Positions 32,186 through 42,723 of a stretch of DNA of 64,000 bases are shown in pieces. Source of the stretch: Microcystaceae cyanobacterium (GTDB lineage: Bacteria > Cyanobacteriota > Cyanobacteriia > Cyanobacteriales > Microcystaceae); contig JBGTGT010000115.1 in NCBI GenBank assembly GCA_041746575.1, forward strand, positions 19,207 to 83,206, in the 5' to 3' direction. Made by a program: the position numbers and the translations under genes. How positions within the stretch are numbered: the stretch's first letter is position 1; each line of letters starts with the position of its first letter. The notes beneath the pieces were generated by a model. The model did not search any database. It saw nothing but the letters and a program-made list of their open reading frames with translations, and was not told the origin of the DNA.

Positions 32186-33154
32186 ATGAAATCATGTCCT
32201 GTCCTCAGTATTTGTATTCCTGCCTACAACCGTCCTGAATGGTTAAAAAGAGCCTTAACTTCAATAACGACAATTAACCCTGCATTTTGCCAAGAAGTTG
32301 AGATTATTGTCTCCGATGATTCTTCAGATTCTGTCTGTGGGAAAATTGCTCAAGCAATCCTCAATGATTGGCAAGGCAAGGGAACATACAAAGCCAATCA
32401 TCCCCGACTGGGTATGGCAGAGAATTGGAATCATGCCATTGAATTGGCTTCCGGAGAATATATCGTTGTTCTGCACGATGATGATTTCTTCGTGACAAAT
32501 GGAGTGGAAAACCTACTTGAAACGCTTAAATCGGTGAGAGAACAATATGCTGTCCTCTTATTCGGGGTTCAGGTGGTTAATGAGCAGGAACACTTATTAA
32601 GGAGACAAACCTTCCCAAAAGCGCAATATCTACCACCTAAAGACGCTTTAATGAATCTTCTATCCCATTCGTCCTTTGTCCGATTTCCGGCACTGGCTAT
32701 TCAACGGCAGACGTTCGAGAAAGTAGGTTACTTTGCTCCCCAATGGGGTGAGCCAACGGATATTGAGATGTGGATTCGATTATTCAGTTGCTATGGGGTA
32801 TATTGTGTTCCTCAAATAACCTGTGCTTATACCGTCCATGCTCAGGCGTTGACAATGGGCGTGTTTAATGAAAAGACGATAAAAACGTTACTGGAATTTT
32901 TTGAGCGGGTTTCTTCTTTGAATCTCTTGAGTTCATCCGAGTTAAAACACTGTCAGACAATATTCTTTCACCAATTTATCTTAGCCGGGGCGTTTCGCAT
33001 GTTACGTCGAGGGAAACTGAGCGCATTTTATCAAGTGATGCAGTTGTTTCAATTACCGACCATTAAGAATTTGAAGCCTCCAAAAAATTGGGGAATCCTG
33101 CGCTTGTTTTTTGCAAGAATTACTCAAATTTATCGACTTTTTTACCTAAAATAA
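32186..33154 (+). CDS. glycosyltransferase family 2
   Basis: LSICIPAYNR, IIVSDDSS, NWNHAIELASGEYIVVLHDDD; ATG 32186 preferred. Confidence 0.92.
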   Translation: MKSCPVLSICIPAYNRPEWLKRALTSITTINPAFCQEVEIIVSDDSSDSVCGKIAQAILNDWQGKGTYKANHPRLGMAENWNHAIELASGEYIVVLHDDDFFVTNGVENLLETLKSVREQYAVLLFGVQVVNEQEHLLRRQTFPKAQYLPPKDALMNLLSHSSFVRFPALAIQRQTFEKVGYFAPQWGEPTDIEMWIRLFSCYGVYCVPQITCAYTVHAQALTMGVFNEKTIKTLLEFFERVSSLNLLSSSELKHCQTIFFHQFILAGAFRMLRRGKLSAFYQVMQLFQLPTIKNLKPPKNWGILRLFFARITQIYRLFYLK

Positions 33155-33460
33155 CTTATTTTCAAGTATAGTAAGGTTAGGTTCTAAGTTTCTCAGAATT
33201 TAACTTTACGCCTTAAATCTTTGTATCTCCAAAAGTCGTTAACTGCTGTATCTTCCCAAAGATTGACCGAAAAATGAATCAAAATCCCACCTTTGCTAGA
33301 AGAACTCTGCTGGGCTTAATCGTTAATCTAAGTAGGTGTAACAAAACCTTATCGACGTCTTTCTAATTGAACGAAAGTATTTTTTACAATCATCGATTCC
33401 GAAGAATGCCAAGGTTGTTACCTTTAAAAATAACCGCAAAAAGTCCATTGGAGAATTTTA

Positions 33461-33829
33461 ATGAAGAACTTCATTTCTGCCATCATTTCTAATTTAACTT
33501 CGACCTTAAGATCATTCGAGTTACATCGTCTTTTGGCGGCTGTTTTGGTCTTATTTATTCTACTTACCAACTACTCTTACACTCAATCAAGTGAGCGTCC
33601 CATCGGAGAAAGAATCGGTCAACAACAACACGAAACCAGTGTAAACTCAGAAAGACCCAAAACGACAGGAGAGTTTTTGGATGAAGTAGAAGGTGATATT
33701 CCGCTAGATGAACGGATGAATAATATCACCAGAGACTCATCGGAAGCTTTTCAACAATTTGGAGAAGGAATTACCAATAGTATCAAAGAAGGTGCCCGTG
33801 AATTAAAAAACAATATAACGGGTCAATAA
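33461..33829 (+). CDS. hypothetical membrane-anchored protein
   Basis: GGAG RBS, TM segment LLAAVLVLFILL, hydrophilic ERPKTTGEF domain. Confidence 0.75.
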   Translation: MKNFISAIISNLTSTLRSFELHRLLAAVLVLFILLTNYSYTQSSERPIGERIGQQQHETSVNSERPKTTGEFLDEVEGDIPLDERMNNITRDSSEAFQQFGEGITNSIKEGARELKNNITGQ

Positions 33830-34009
33830 CGTAATTATTGTCGAGATAAATCAAAAATTGCTGTCGCCTCCGTTATTTTATTTAAGTGTTTGGACCGATA
33901 CTTTCCTTTTATTATGGAGTTATTAAGTCAACGGGCAGATCACATAGACAATGAAAGGCGGATGTGTACTACGATTCTACATCTTAAAACAAATTTCTCA
34001 AAGTTTTAG

Positions 34010-34036
34010 AGGGCTCTTGCACAGCCCTATTTTTTT
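34010..34036 (+). terminator. intrinsic terminator
   Basis: agggct-cttgcac-agccct-attttttt. Confidence 0.65.
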
Positions 34037-34196
34037 GTTTTTTTAGTGAGTTGCTGATGATAACAAAGCGCGAGTTTAGGCTTTATGGGAAACAAAAGAG
34101 TAATTCTTAGGGAAAGCGGCATTTAACGCCACATTACTGTCAAGATATCCTCTTTTTACGATAAACTAGATTAACTCAATCGAAGATGCAAAAGAT

Positions 34197-36182
34197 ATGT
34201 TACGTAAAAGAAGAATCCAGTCATTTCTAGGCATTATTATGACAGCATTTGCCATGACGCTATTATGGGTTTATGTTTTAAATGCCCAAACCACGCCTCA
34301 ACCCGTCCATCCCCTCAATCCACTGACCGAGTCAGAAATCACCACTGCCGTTAATATTTTAAAAACTGAACAATTTTTAAGCGATACCGTTACTTTCCCC
34401 TTAATTTCTTTAAAAGAACCCGATAAAGAAACCGTTTTGACCTTTAGAGATGGGAATCCTGTTGAGAGAAACGTGTTTGCTGTGATTTTTGAACCCGCTA
34501 AAAATCAAACCTACGAAGCAATTATCAATCTTAATCAAGAAAAAATTACGCGTTGGCAAGTGATTTCTCAAGGACAGCCCCCCTTTTTAGACGCAGAATA
34601 TGAATTACTAGAAACCTTAGTTAAAGCAGATTCTCGTTGGCAAGCCGCCTTGAAAAAACGGGGCATTAGCGATGTCGAAAATACGGTGATTGACGGGTGG
34701 GCAATGGGTTTAATGAATGAAGCCGAAAAAGCCCAAGGAAAACGCTTAATGCGGGGCATAACCTACTATAAAGACCCAAAGCGGATGAATTACTATGGCT
34801 CACCCCTCGAAGGGTTAATGGTCACCGTTGACTTAAATACGCCAAAAGTGGTGGATGTGATTGATTATGGGGTTGTTCCTTTCGCCAAAGCAAATTTTGA
34901 TTACGATGAAGCCTCGGTTAAACCGTTACAACCTGCCCCTAAACCGATTCAGATTACCCAACCCCAAGGGGAAACCTTCCAAATACAGGGAAATCAAATT
35001 ACTTGGCAAAATTGGACATTTCGTTATCTCATGCACCCTAGAGAAGGGCTAACTTTCTATCAAATTTCTTATTTAGATCAAGGGAAAGCCCGTCCTGTTC
35101 TCTATCAAGCCGGATTATCAGAAATGGTCGTCCCTTATGGAGATCCTTCCCCGCCTTGGGTGGTAAGAAGTGCCTTTGATATCGGGGAATATCGCTTTGG
35201 TTGGTCAGCCACGACGTTGGCGAAAGGGAAAGATGTCCCCCAAAATGCAGTGTTATTAGATGTCTTATTTGCCGACGATGAGGGAAATCCAACGGTTAGT
35301 GAGGATATTATTGGAATTTATGAACAAGATGCTGGGATTCTCTGGCGGCATTACGATTCTAATACGGAAACCTACGAAGGGCGGCGGAGTCGAGAATTAG
35401 TGGTCACCAGTGTGGCGGCCATTGGTAATTATGATTATGGCATTAACTGGGTTTTTCATGAGGATGGTACATTAGAAGTACAAACAGATCTCACGGGAAT
35501 TATGTTAGTTAAAGGAACAGACGCTCAGACAGAAACCCATGATTCTTTCGGTCATCTAGTTGCCCCAAACGTTTTAGCGGTTAATCATCAACATTTTATC
35601 AATTTTCGCCTTGATTTTGACGTAGATGGACTAAAAAACCGTATTTCTGAGATGAATGTGTCTGCTTTACCCCTCAGCGACAGCAATCCTCAAGGAAATG
35701 CCTTCAAGATGGAGAAGACGCCCTTAGTGCGAGAATCCGAAGCCGTGAGGGATCTTAACTTAGCGCAAAGCCGAACGTGGCTCATCGAAAATGACAGCCA
35801 AAACAATGAATTGGGGGCAAAAACGGGCTATATGTTAATGCCTGGCAGCAATACGGTTTTTTATCCCTTGCCAGAGTCAAATGTTTATCAACGGGGGGAA
35901 TTTGCCACCCATCATCTTTGGGTAACCCAATTTAAACCCCATGAGTATTACGCAGGGGGAGACTATCCCAATCAAGGTTTACCCCATCAAGGATTACCTC
36001 AATGGATTGCAGATAATGAGTCGTTAGAAGGGGAAGATTTAGTTGTTTGGTACACATTAGGTGTCACTCATATTCCACGTCCTGAAGAATGGCCAATTAT
36101 GACGATTCATCGAGCGAGTTTTAAACTCACCCCTAGAGGTTTTTTTGCCAAAAATCCGGTGTTAAATGTACCGAATCTTTGA
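34197..36182 (+). CDS. tynA: copper-containing (TPQ) primary amine oxidase, exported
   Basis: HPLNPLT, EMVVPYGDP, catalytic-base region AFDIGEY, TPQ consensus NYDY, Cu ligands HQH and THIPRPEEWP; N-terminal signal. Confidence 0.93.
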   Translation: MLRKRRIQSFLGIIMTAFAMTLLWVYVLNAQTTPQPVHPLNPLTESEITTAVNILKTEQFLSDTVTFPLISLKEPDKETVLTFRDGNPVERNVFAVIFEPAKNQTYEAIINLNQEKITRWQVISQGQPPFLDAEYELLETLVKADSRWQAALKKRGISDVENTVIDGWAMGLMNEAEKAQGKRLMRGITYYKDPKRMNYYGSPLEGLMVTVDLNTPKVVDVIDYGVVPFAKANFDYDEASVKPLQPAPKPIQITQPQGETFQIQGNQITWQNWTFRYLMHPREGLTFYQISYLDQGKARPVLYQAGLSEMVVPYGDPSPPWVVRSAFDIGEYRFGWSATTLAKGKDVPQNAVLLDVLFADDEGNPTVSEDIIGIYEQDAGILWRHYDSNTETYEGRRSRELVVTSVAAIGNYDYGINWVFHEDGTLEVQTDLTGIMLVKGTDAQTETHDSFGHLVAPNVLAVNHQHFINFRLDFDVDGLKNRISEMNVSALPLSDSNPQGNAFKMEKTPLVRESEAVRDLNLAQSRTWLIENDSQNNELGAKTGYMLMPGSNTVFYPLPESNVYQRGEFATHHLWVTQFKPHEYYAGGDYPNQGLPHQGLPQWIADNESLEGEDLVVWYTLGVTHIPRPEEWPIMTIHRASFKLTPRGFFAKNPVLNVPNL

Positions 36183-36214
36183 GGGGGGAATTTCACTTTT
36201 TATTCTTTACCTTA

Positions 36215-37717
36215 CTAACCACCAATACCCAATTTTCCGGCTAAACTAGGACTTAAAGGAATTAGCGTTGCTAACATCAAAAAGAGTAATAATAATCCCC
36301 AAGCGGCGCGGGCATCATCCGGCTCAGTTAATTCATTTAAACTCGGACGTTCTAATGTTCTCTGCAAGAATAGAATTAAAATAGCCCAATATAAAGGGAT
36401 TGGATTCGCAGGATTGATTAAACTAACAATCCCCAAAATAATGAGGGTAATAATCGTAGTGCGTCGGGCAATTTTACGGCCATAAATCGCTTGAACAATC
36501 CTCCCTCCATCTAATTGGCCAGCCGGTAATAAATTCAAGGCCGTAATCACTAAGCCTAACCATCCTAATACCATTAAAGGATGAACATCAACGATCGCTT
36601 GTTGTACCGTTTCGCCTAAAATTACTCTTGCTAAACTGCCAATTAAGATAGATCCTTGAAAAAATTGACTAGGAAGTTGAAATAAACTGCCCGGTTTTGA
36701 TAAAATTAAGCCTAAAATCACAAATAAAAGCGAAATTCCTCCTCCCAATGCCGGGCCAGCTAAGGAAATATCGAAAAGAATGTTACGGTTAGGAATTAGC
36801 GACTCAAACCGAGTAATCGCCCCAAATGCCCCAATTTGCCACGCTGGTAAAAAGAAAGGTAAACTTAATCGAACTTGATGCTTTTGGGCAATCAAACGAT
36901 GTCCTAGTTCGTGCGCGATTAAAATACTCCAGATTCCCAAACTCAAAGGGACAGTTTCTCCGATTCGTCCCCAATTATCGAACAAATCGAATCCCAATAA
37001 AAGTCCACTGGCTTCTAAACTGGTAAAAATTGTCGCCAATAATAAGACAAGGGCTAGGTTTTTTTGCCCCAACGTCATCGGTTGAGGATCATCACTTTTT
37101 GGCAGAATAATAATAACGGGTTTCCCTTCACTGCCTTCCACTAAAAAAAGGCGATATTTATCGTCAAAAGCGGCGGTTAATTTCTCGGTTAATTTTTGAT
37201 GTGCTTCGGCAGGATCACTGCGTAGATTGCCTTTAAAAATTGCGCCTTCCTGATAAGAAATTGTTTCGGTCGCAAAAAAAGTATCGATATTAAAAATGCT
37301 TTTGAGCTTTGTCAAATCCTCTTCTGGAATCGGCAAAAATTCAGGGACAATTGCAACCTCCGATGCCGATAAATTACCCGATTCAACCTCAGAAGTCTCA
37401 TGCCCTGTCTGTTCTTCTTGAATGCGTTGGGCGGCTTTCTCTCGTAATAAAACGTCCTGTCCTTGAGATCGCAATACTTTACCTAAATAAATATAAGCAA
37501 TAACGGAAACCATTAAAAGCAATAAAACCCCAACAATATTTAAATAAATACCGAGGGCAAATAAGCCAAAAAATAATAGCCAAGGAGTCATCAAAATGAC
37601 GGACTGTAACCAAGCGAGAACCCCTAGTTTACCGTAGGATTGGGCGCGTTTGTATCCCCAACCCAGAATAGCGATCGCCGTAAGAAGAATTACGATAATT
37701 GTGATCGTTTCTGACAT
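36215..37717 (-). CDS. site-2 protease family (M50) membrane metalloprotease, EGY-like
   Basis: AHELGH, DISLAGP, LNLLPAGQLDGG, FKGNLR. Confidence 0.93.
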   Translation of the reverse strand: MSETITIIVILLTAIAILGWGYKRAQSYGKLGVLAWLQSVILMTPWLLFFGLFALGIYLNIVGVLLLLMVSVIAYIYLGKVLRSQGQDVLLREKAAQRIQEEQTGHETSEVESGNLSASEVAIVPEFLPIPEEDLTKLKSIFNIDTFFATETISYQEGAIFKGNLRSDPAEAHQKLTEKLTAAFDDKYRLFLVEGSEGKPVIIILPKSDDPQPMTLGQKNLALVLLLATIFTSLEASGLLLGFDLFDNWGRIGETVPLSLGIWSILIAHELGHRLIAQKHQVRLSLPFFLPAWQIGAFGAITRFESLIPNRNILFDISLAGPALGGGISLLFVILGLILSKPGSLFQLPSQFFQGSILIGSLARVILGETVQQAIVDVHPLMVLGWLGLVITALNLLPAGQLDGGRIVQAIYGRKIARRTTIITLIILGIVSLINPANPIPLYWAILILFLQRTLERPSLNELTEPDDARAAWGLLLLFLMLATLIPLSPSLAGKLGIGG

Positions 37718-37798
37718 CTTAAACCTTTTTGATCTTAATTTTCATGAATAGGAATGAAGACTAATCTGAGTTTTGATCAGATCCTCATCCCTATTGTT

Positions 37799-38866
37799 TT
37801 AGCGGAAAGGGGGGGAGTAAAGCAATCCACCCTTTGTCCAAAGGTTGTTCGGGCCGCGGTCAAGTTGGAAGGGTTTACCGATATTTCGCTCGTACACTTC
37901 GCCATAATTGCCAATATGCTTAACAATTCTGGCCGTAAAATCGTTAGGTAAGCCCATGTCTTCCCCTAACTTCTCATCAATCCCTAGGAAGCGTCGTACA
38001 TTGGGATCTTCGCTTTTTTGGTAGGTCGCTAAATTTTGGGACGTAATCCCTAATTCTTCTGCTTCAATGAGGGCATAGGTGATCCATTTAACGGCATCTG
38101 ACCAGACAGCATCCCCATTCGCCACCACTGGGCCGAGGGGTTCTTTGGATAAAACATCTGGTAAAACCACATGATCCGCCGGTTTGGGCAAAATTGACCG
38201 TCTGGCGACTAATTGCGAGCGGTCAGAGGTTACCCCTTCACAACGGCCTTCTTGATAAGCAACGTAGAGGGCATCCACATCATCCGATACAACAGGATTA
38301 TAGTTCTTAATGCCTCTTTTGCGCATTTGATCCGCCAAATTCTGCTCGGTGGTCGTTCCGGATAACACACAAATAGATTTACCTCCCAATTCTTCTATGC
38401 TTTTGATGCCACTGGCTTTACTAACCATTACCCCTTGTCCATCATAAAAAAGGGTGGGGGCGAATTCCATACCGACCTTCGTATCGCGACTAATCGTCCA
38501 AGTGGTATTACGATTGAGAACATCCACTTCGCCCGTCTGCACCGCCGTAAAGCGTTCCTGTGCGCTGAGTTTGCGGAATTCGACTTTAGTAGGATCGTCA
38601 AAGAGAGCCGCCGCGATCGCCCGACAAATATCTACATCTAAACCAGAATATTCCCCTTTTTCATTGACGAAACTAAACCCAGGAACTTCGCCATTGATAC
38701 CACAAATGACACTTCCCCGTTGTTTCACCGTATTTAAGCGGCTATTAGCGGTGTTTGCGGTTCCCTCCGTTGAAGATGGGACAGAATTGCTACTGGGTGG
38801 GGTGTTACAGGCCGTTAGAGCGGCAGTCAGTAGAAAAGATATTAAAAAAGATGTTGTCTTTTTCAC
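37799..38866 (-). CDS. amino-acid ABC transporter substrate-binding lipoprotein (AapJ/BztA/NatF-like)
   Basis: Lipobox LTAC, GLDVDICRAIAAA, RNTTWT, FYDGQG, SKEPLGP, GNYGEVYERN, GGLLYSPPFR. Confidence 0.93.
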   Translation of the reverse strand: MKKTTSFLISFLLTAALTACNTPPSSNSVPSSTEGTANTANSRLNTVKQRGSVICGINGEVPGFSFVNEKGEYSGLDVDICRAIAAALFDDPTKVEFRKLSAQERFTAVQTGEVDVLNRNTTWTISRDTKVGMEFAPTLFYDGQGVMVSKASGIKSIEELGGKSICVLSGTTTEQNLADQMRKRGIKNYNPVVSDDVDALYVAYQEGRCEGVTSDRSQLVARRSILPKPADHVVLPDVLSKEPLGPVVANGDAVWSDAVKWITYALIEAEELGITSQNLATYQKSEDPNVRRFLGIDEKLGEDMGLPNDFTARIVKHIGNYGEVYERNIGKPFQLDRGPNNLWTKGGLLYSPPFR

Positions 38867-39035
38867 GGATGTTTAAAGGATTAAAGGATAAATTTAATGA
38901 TACTTCGTCATCTTCGGTAAGTCTATCACGACAGACAAACTCAAAACCCGCAAAATGACGATTAACCCTGCTTTACTTCGATTTTTTGAGGAATACCCTT
39001 TCTGGCAAGAAACAGTTATCCACAATGGCGACTGC

Positions 39036-39941
39036 TCAGAACTGAATATGATCTTTCGTTTTACCCGGTATCGCACTCTTTTCTAGATAATCAATAATCT
39101 TGCCCGCCACATCAATCCCTGTCGCCGTTTCAATCCCTTCCAAGCCGGGGGAAGAATTCACCTCCATTACTACCGGCCCATGATTGGAGCGTAATAAATC
39201 CACCCCTGCAATCCTTAACCCCATTGCCTTAGCCGAACGAACGGCGGTACTTCTCTCTTCGGGTGTCAGCCTAATTTTCTCGGCCTTACCTCCTCGATGT
39301 AAATTTGAGCGAAATTCTCCGTCAGCCCCCTGTCGCTTCATGGCGGCAATTACCTTATCTCCAATGACAAAACAACGAATATCCGCTCCTTTTGCCTCCT
39401 TAATATATTCTTGTACTAAAATGTTGGCTTCTAAGCCCCGAAACGCTTCAATCACCGATTTAGCCGCCTGATGGGTTTCTGCTAACACCACCCCGATGCC
39501 CTGCGTTCCTTCTAGAAGTTTAATGACCAAGGGCGCACCCCCAACGGTTTCAATCAGCCCGTCAATATCCTGTGTGGCATGGGCAAATCCTGTGACGGGT
39601 AACCCAATGCCTCGGCGGGCTAAAATTTGCAGACAGCGCAATTTATCACGAGAGCGGGAAATCGCTTGAGATTCGTTGGCACTGAAGACGCCCATCACTT
39701 CAAATTGACGGACGACCGCCGTTCCGTAAAAGGTACGAGATGCTCCAATGCGAGGAATAATCGCATCGAAATTTTCTAAAGGGATACCATTGTAGATGAC
39801 TTGAGGATTGTGGGAAGTAATATTCATGTAACAACGCAAATAGTTAATAATGCGCATTTCATGTCCTCGGTTTTCTCCGGATTCTTTGAGGCGTTTTGTA
39901 GAGTAAAGCGAGGGATCTTGAGATAAAATAGCAATTTTCAT
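39036..39941 (-). CDS. rimK: RimK ATP-grasp glutamate ligase
   Basis: [51 protein letters not shown]. Confidence 0.96.
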   Translation of the reverse strand: MKIAILSQDPSLYSTKRLKESGENRGHEMRIINYLRCYMNITSHNPQVIYNGIPLENFDAIIPRIGASRTFYGTAVVRQFEVMGVFSANESQAISRSRDKLRCLQILARRGIGLPVTGFAHATQDIDGLIETVGGAPLVIKLLEGTQGIGVVLAETHQAAKSVIEAFRGLEANILVQEYIKEAKGADIRCFVIGDKVIAAMKRQGADGEFRSNLHRGGKAEKIRLTPEERSTAVRSAKAMGLRIAGVDLLRSNHGPVVMEVNSSPGLEGIETATGIDVAGKIIDYLEKSAIPGKTKDHIQF

Positions 39942-39970
39942 TATTTTTCCCTAGACGACGACAGACAATG

Positions 39971-40420
39971 CTATATGGCGTGACTTTGTACATAAGAATG
40001 GGCAGGGTCGACCCAAAAACGATGACGAATAGCCTGACGACCCAATAACATCCGAAATCCCATTACATCTCGATTCGTTAGGGTTAATTCAATCGGCCAA
40101 TGCTCCTGACCTAAGTTTATCATCGTTTGGATCACGGGGCGAAGTTGAGCGTGTCCCCCTGAATTGCGAACATGGCGATGTTCAATCAATTTTGCTTGGG
40201 CAATAACCGTTGAGTGGCTGTCTCGTTGATAGGGATGCACTTTAAATCTCACCCATTCTTCTCCTTGTTGTTGAAAAGGATGAACCTCAAAGGCGTGTAA
40301 GGCAGATGAGCGCGCCCCTGTGTCAATTTTTGCTTTAATTTGTTTAATACCCAATTCGGGCAAGTCTAACCACTCGCGCCAGCCAATAATGGGGAGTTGC
40401 TGGTGCTGTTCTTGGCTCAT
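39971..40420 (-). CDS. RimK-associated retropepsin-like protease (RimB-like)
   Basis: IIGWREW, AKIDTGARSSALHA, LTNRDVMGFRMLLGR. Confidence 0.9.
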   Translation of the reverse strand: MSQEQHQQLPIIGWREWLDLPELGIKQIKAKIDTGARSSALHAFEVHPFQQQGEEWVRFKVHPYQRDSHSTVIAQAKLIEHRHVRNSGGHAQLRPVIQTMINLGQEHWPIELTLTNRDVMGFRMLLGRQAIRHRFWVDPAHSYVQSHAI

Positions 40421-40475
40421 TCTGTGTTCCTTTCCGAAAAATACGTCAAAATGAAAATAATCATTTGATAATTGT

Positions 40476-40928
40476 TTATTTTTTGGGACTGAGGCGAGTT
40501 ACTTTTAAGGTAAATTTGCCGCTCCCCGTCTCGCCAAAAGAACGAACGCGAATAATATACTTTCCAGTTTCGGTAATACGAGAAAATAGCAGAGAATTTG
40601 TTGTTCCATCAGGCCCATCGTCATTTTCAGCGACCGCCGTACCATCTGCCCCTAAAAGAATCACAATCGCATCAAAATTATCAGAAATGACATCAATGGC
40701 TACCTGTTCCCCTTCTTTCAAATCAATCCAATAATCCCGTGCAAATCCGCCTTCTCCTGTGGGAATATCTTGATCAGAGAGACGATCAGAGACTTCTTGT
40801 TGAGGCGTAATCGGGATAGGATTGTAGAGGATTTGAGCTTGAATCGGTAAGCTTCTGTACAAGGAATAGAGGAGCGTCAGTGATAGTATTCCATAGCGAA
40901 ACAGACGATGGGCAAATGAAGTGATCAT
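40476..40928 (-). CDS. secreted PPC (pre-peptidase C-terminal) domain protein
   Basis: Signal peptide, VAENDDG, GKYIIRVRSF. Confidence 0.85.
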   Translation of the reverse strand: MITSFAHRLFRYGILSLTLLYSLYRSLPIQAQILYNPIPITPQQEVSDRLSDQDIPTGEGGFARDYWIDLKEGEQVAIDVISDNFDAIVILLGADGTAVAENDDGPDGTTNSLLFSRITETGKYIIRVRSFGETGSGKFTLKVTRLSPKK

Positions 40929-41028
40929 CTCGGCATTATTCCTTCAAGGGCGATCCATTAAGGGCGACTTTCTTATATTATTGACTTTTTGTTGAAGGAG
41001 GTCAATTGAATTTTGGATCTCAGACCCA

Positions 41029-41955
41029 TTACGTTCGAGTGACAATCTCTTCGAGAGCCGGTTTGAGACTGGGATATTGATATTGAAAACCCAAGGATTG
41101 AGTGGCTTTAGGACGTACTTCTTGACCTTCAAGAACCACTTTTGCGCCTTCCCCTAGCAATAATTCTAAAGCGACACCGGGGACAGGTAACCAAGAGGGT
41201 CTCTGCAAAACATTGCCCAAAATCTCACAAAATTGACTCATTCGCACAGGATTTGGCGAAGTTGCATTGTAAATCCCTCGCATATCGGGACGTTTTAACC
41301 CTTCCATGATTAAGTTCACTAAGTCTTCCCGATGAATCCAAGAAAACCACTGTCGACCGTTGCCAATCGGCCCCCCAGCGAAGAGTTTAAAAGGAGGAAT
41401 CATCTTGGCTAAAGCCCCCCCATCACCTAAGACAATGCCTAAACGAAAAATAACCAAACGAACCCCTAAATCTGTCACTTTTTGAGCTTCTGCTTCCCAT
41501 TTTTGGCAAACTTGTGCCAGAAAATCTGAACCATTGGGACTGGTTTCATCAAAGGTTGCCGTTTCGCTTGTTCCATAATAGCCAACCGCAGAAGCATTGA
41601 TGAGAACGGAAGGTCTAGGATTCGCTTTAGCGATCGCTTCAACGATTTTCTTTGTTCCTTGCTGACGACTGTCGAGAATCGCCTTTTTGGATTCAGGTGT
41701 CCAGCGTTCGGCGATGGGTTCACCCGCTAAATTAACCACCCCATCACAACCGGATAGCGAAGCTTCCCAGTCTAAGTTATCAGCCATTACGTCGTATTTG
41801 ACTACTTGTAAATGGGGATAGCGGGAAGCAGGAAAGCGTTTTTGGGCTTTAGCAGGATTACGAGTCAGAATAACGATTGATTCCCCTGCTTGATGCAATT
41901 TTTCTACTAAGCGACTGCCTACAAATCCGGTTGCACCCGTAATCGCAATTTTCAT
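41029..41955 (-). CDS. TIGR01777-family NAD-dependent epimerase-like protein
   Basis: [35 protein letters not shown]. Confidence 0.92.
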   Translation of the reverse strand: MKIAITGATGFVGSRLVEKLHQAGESIVILTRNPAKAQKRFPASRYPHLQVVKYDVMADNLDWEASLSGCDGVVNLAGEPIAERWTPESKKAILDSRQQGTKKIVEAIAKANPRPSVLINASAVGYYGTSETATFDETSPNGSDFLAQVCQKWEAEAQKVTDLGVRLVIFRLGIVLGDGGALAKMIPPFKLFAGGPIGNGRQWFSWIHREDLVNLIMEGLKRPDMRGIYNATSPNPVRMSQFCEILGNVLQRPSWLPVPGVALELLLGEGAKVVLEGQEVRPKATQSLGFQYQYPSLKPALEEIVTRT

Positions 41956-42008
41956 TTTTATTAATCACCCAGAAATGAGAACGGTTGATGACTTTTTCAG
42001 TGTACCGT

Positions 42009-42374
42009 TTATGATGAGGCTTGATAACCCATTCCGTTAGACTCGGCGTAACGATTCATAAAACGTATAAAACGTTCCCAGTGGTCATCTGGTTCAATTT
42101 CAAAGCCACATTCGACTCTCAGGAGATCATCTCCTTCATCGCCCCCAAAAATAAACTTGGTCGAGGAAGGTTGAATACTGATAATACCTTCTTCATCGGT
42201 TAAGCGTAAATCCCCGTAGGTTTGTTGGGTAAAACTCTTAAATCTTTCTAAGGAATTGAGTCGCTTAAAAATGAAGAGAACATTACGTGTTCCGCTAGTT
42301 TTACTTCGCCTTAATTTAACATTATCCAATTCTTCGGGAACATCTACAAAAAATTCGATAGTGGGTACAGTCAT
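42009..42374 (-). CDS. psb28: photosystem II assembly factor Psb28 (Psb28-2-like)
   Basis: IEFF, VKLRRSK, LTDEEG, WERFIRFMNRYAESNGMGY. Confidence 0.92.
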   Translation of the reverse strand: MTVPTIEFFVDVPEELDNVKLRRSKTSGTRNVLFIFKRLNSLERFKSFTQQTYGDLRLTDEEGIISIQPSSTKFIFGGDEGDDLLRVECGFEIEPDDHWERFIRFMNRYAESNGMGYQASS

Positions 42375-42515
42375 GACGTTTTATCTACCAATTTCGCTTG
42401 GTTAAAGGGTAATTTTTAAAGTGAAAGTGAAATACGTTTTTTTGAGAAATATAAATTAGGTAGGCAAAACGCCCACCTTTTAAAAGATTTAAAAAAAGAA
42501 ATTTAGGCTGAATTC

Positions 42516-42626
42516 CTATTCCTCTCCTCCTTGTAATTTGATGAGCAGAAATCCCCAAGCCACGCCTACTAATGTCAGAACAATCATAATAATTGTGCCA
42601 TTAAATAACATACTTTCTGCACTCAT
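42516..42626 (-). CDS. petM: cytochrome b6f subunit 7 (PetM)
   Basis: Manual translation [36 protein letters not shown] with a GGAGA RBS; below the ORF-track size cutoff. Confidence 0.95.
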   Translation of the reverse strand: MSAESMLFNGTIIMIVLTLVGVAWGFLLIKLQGGEE

Positions 42627-42723
42627 TTGAAGAATCTCCCCTTTGATAAAATAGCAATTGCCTTAAGATTCAGGCATGATAGTTATTGTAAACCAAAGAC
42701 GACCCTTCCTTGTCCCATTTTCT

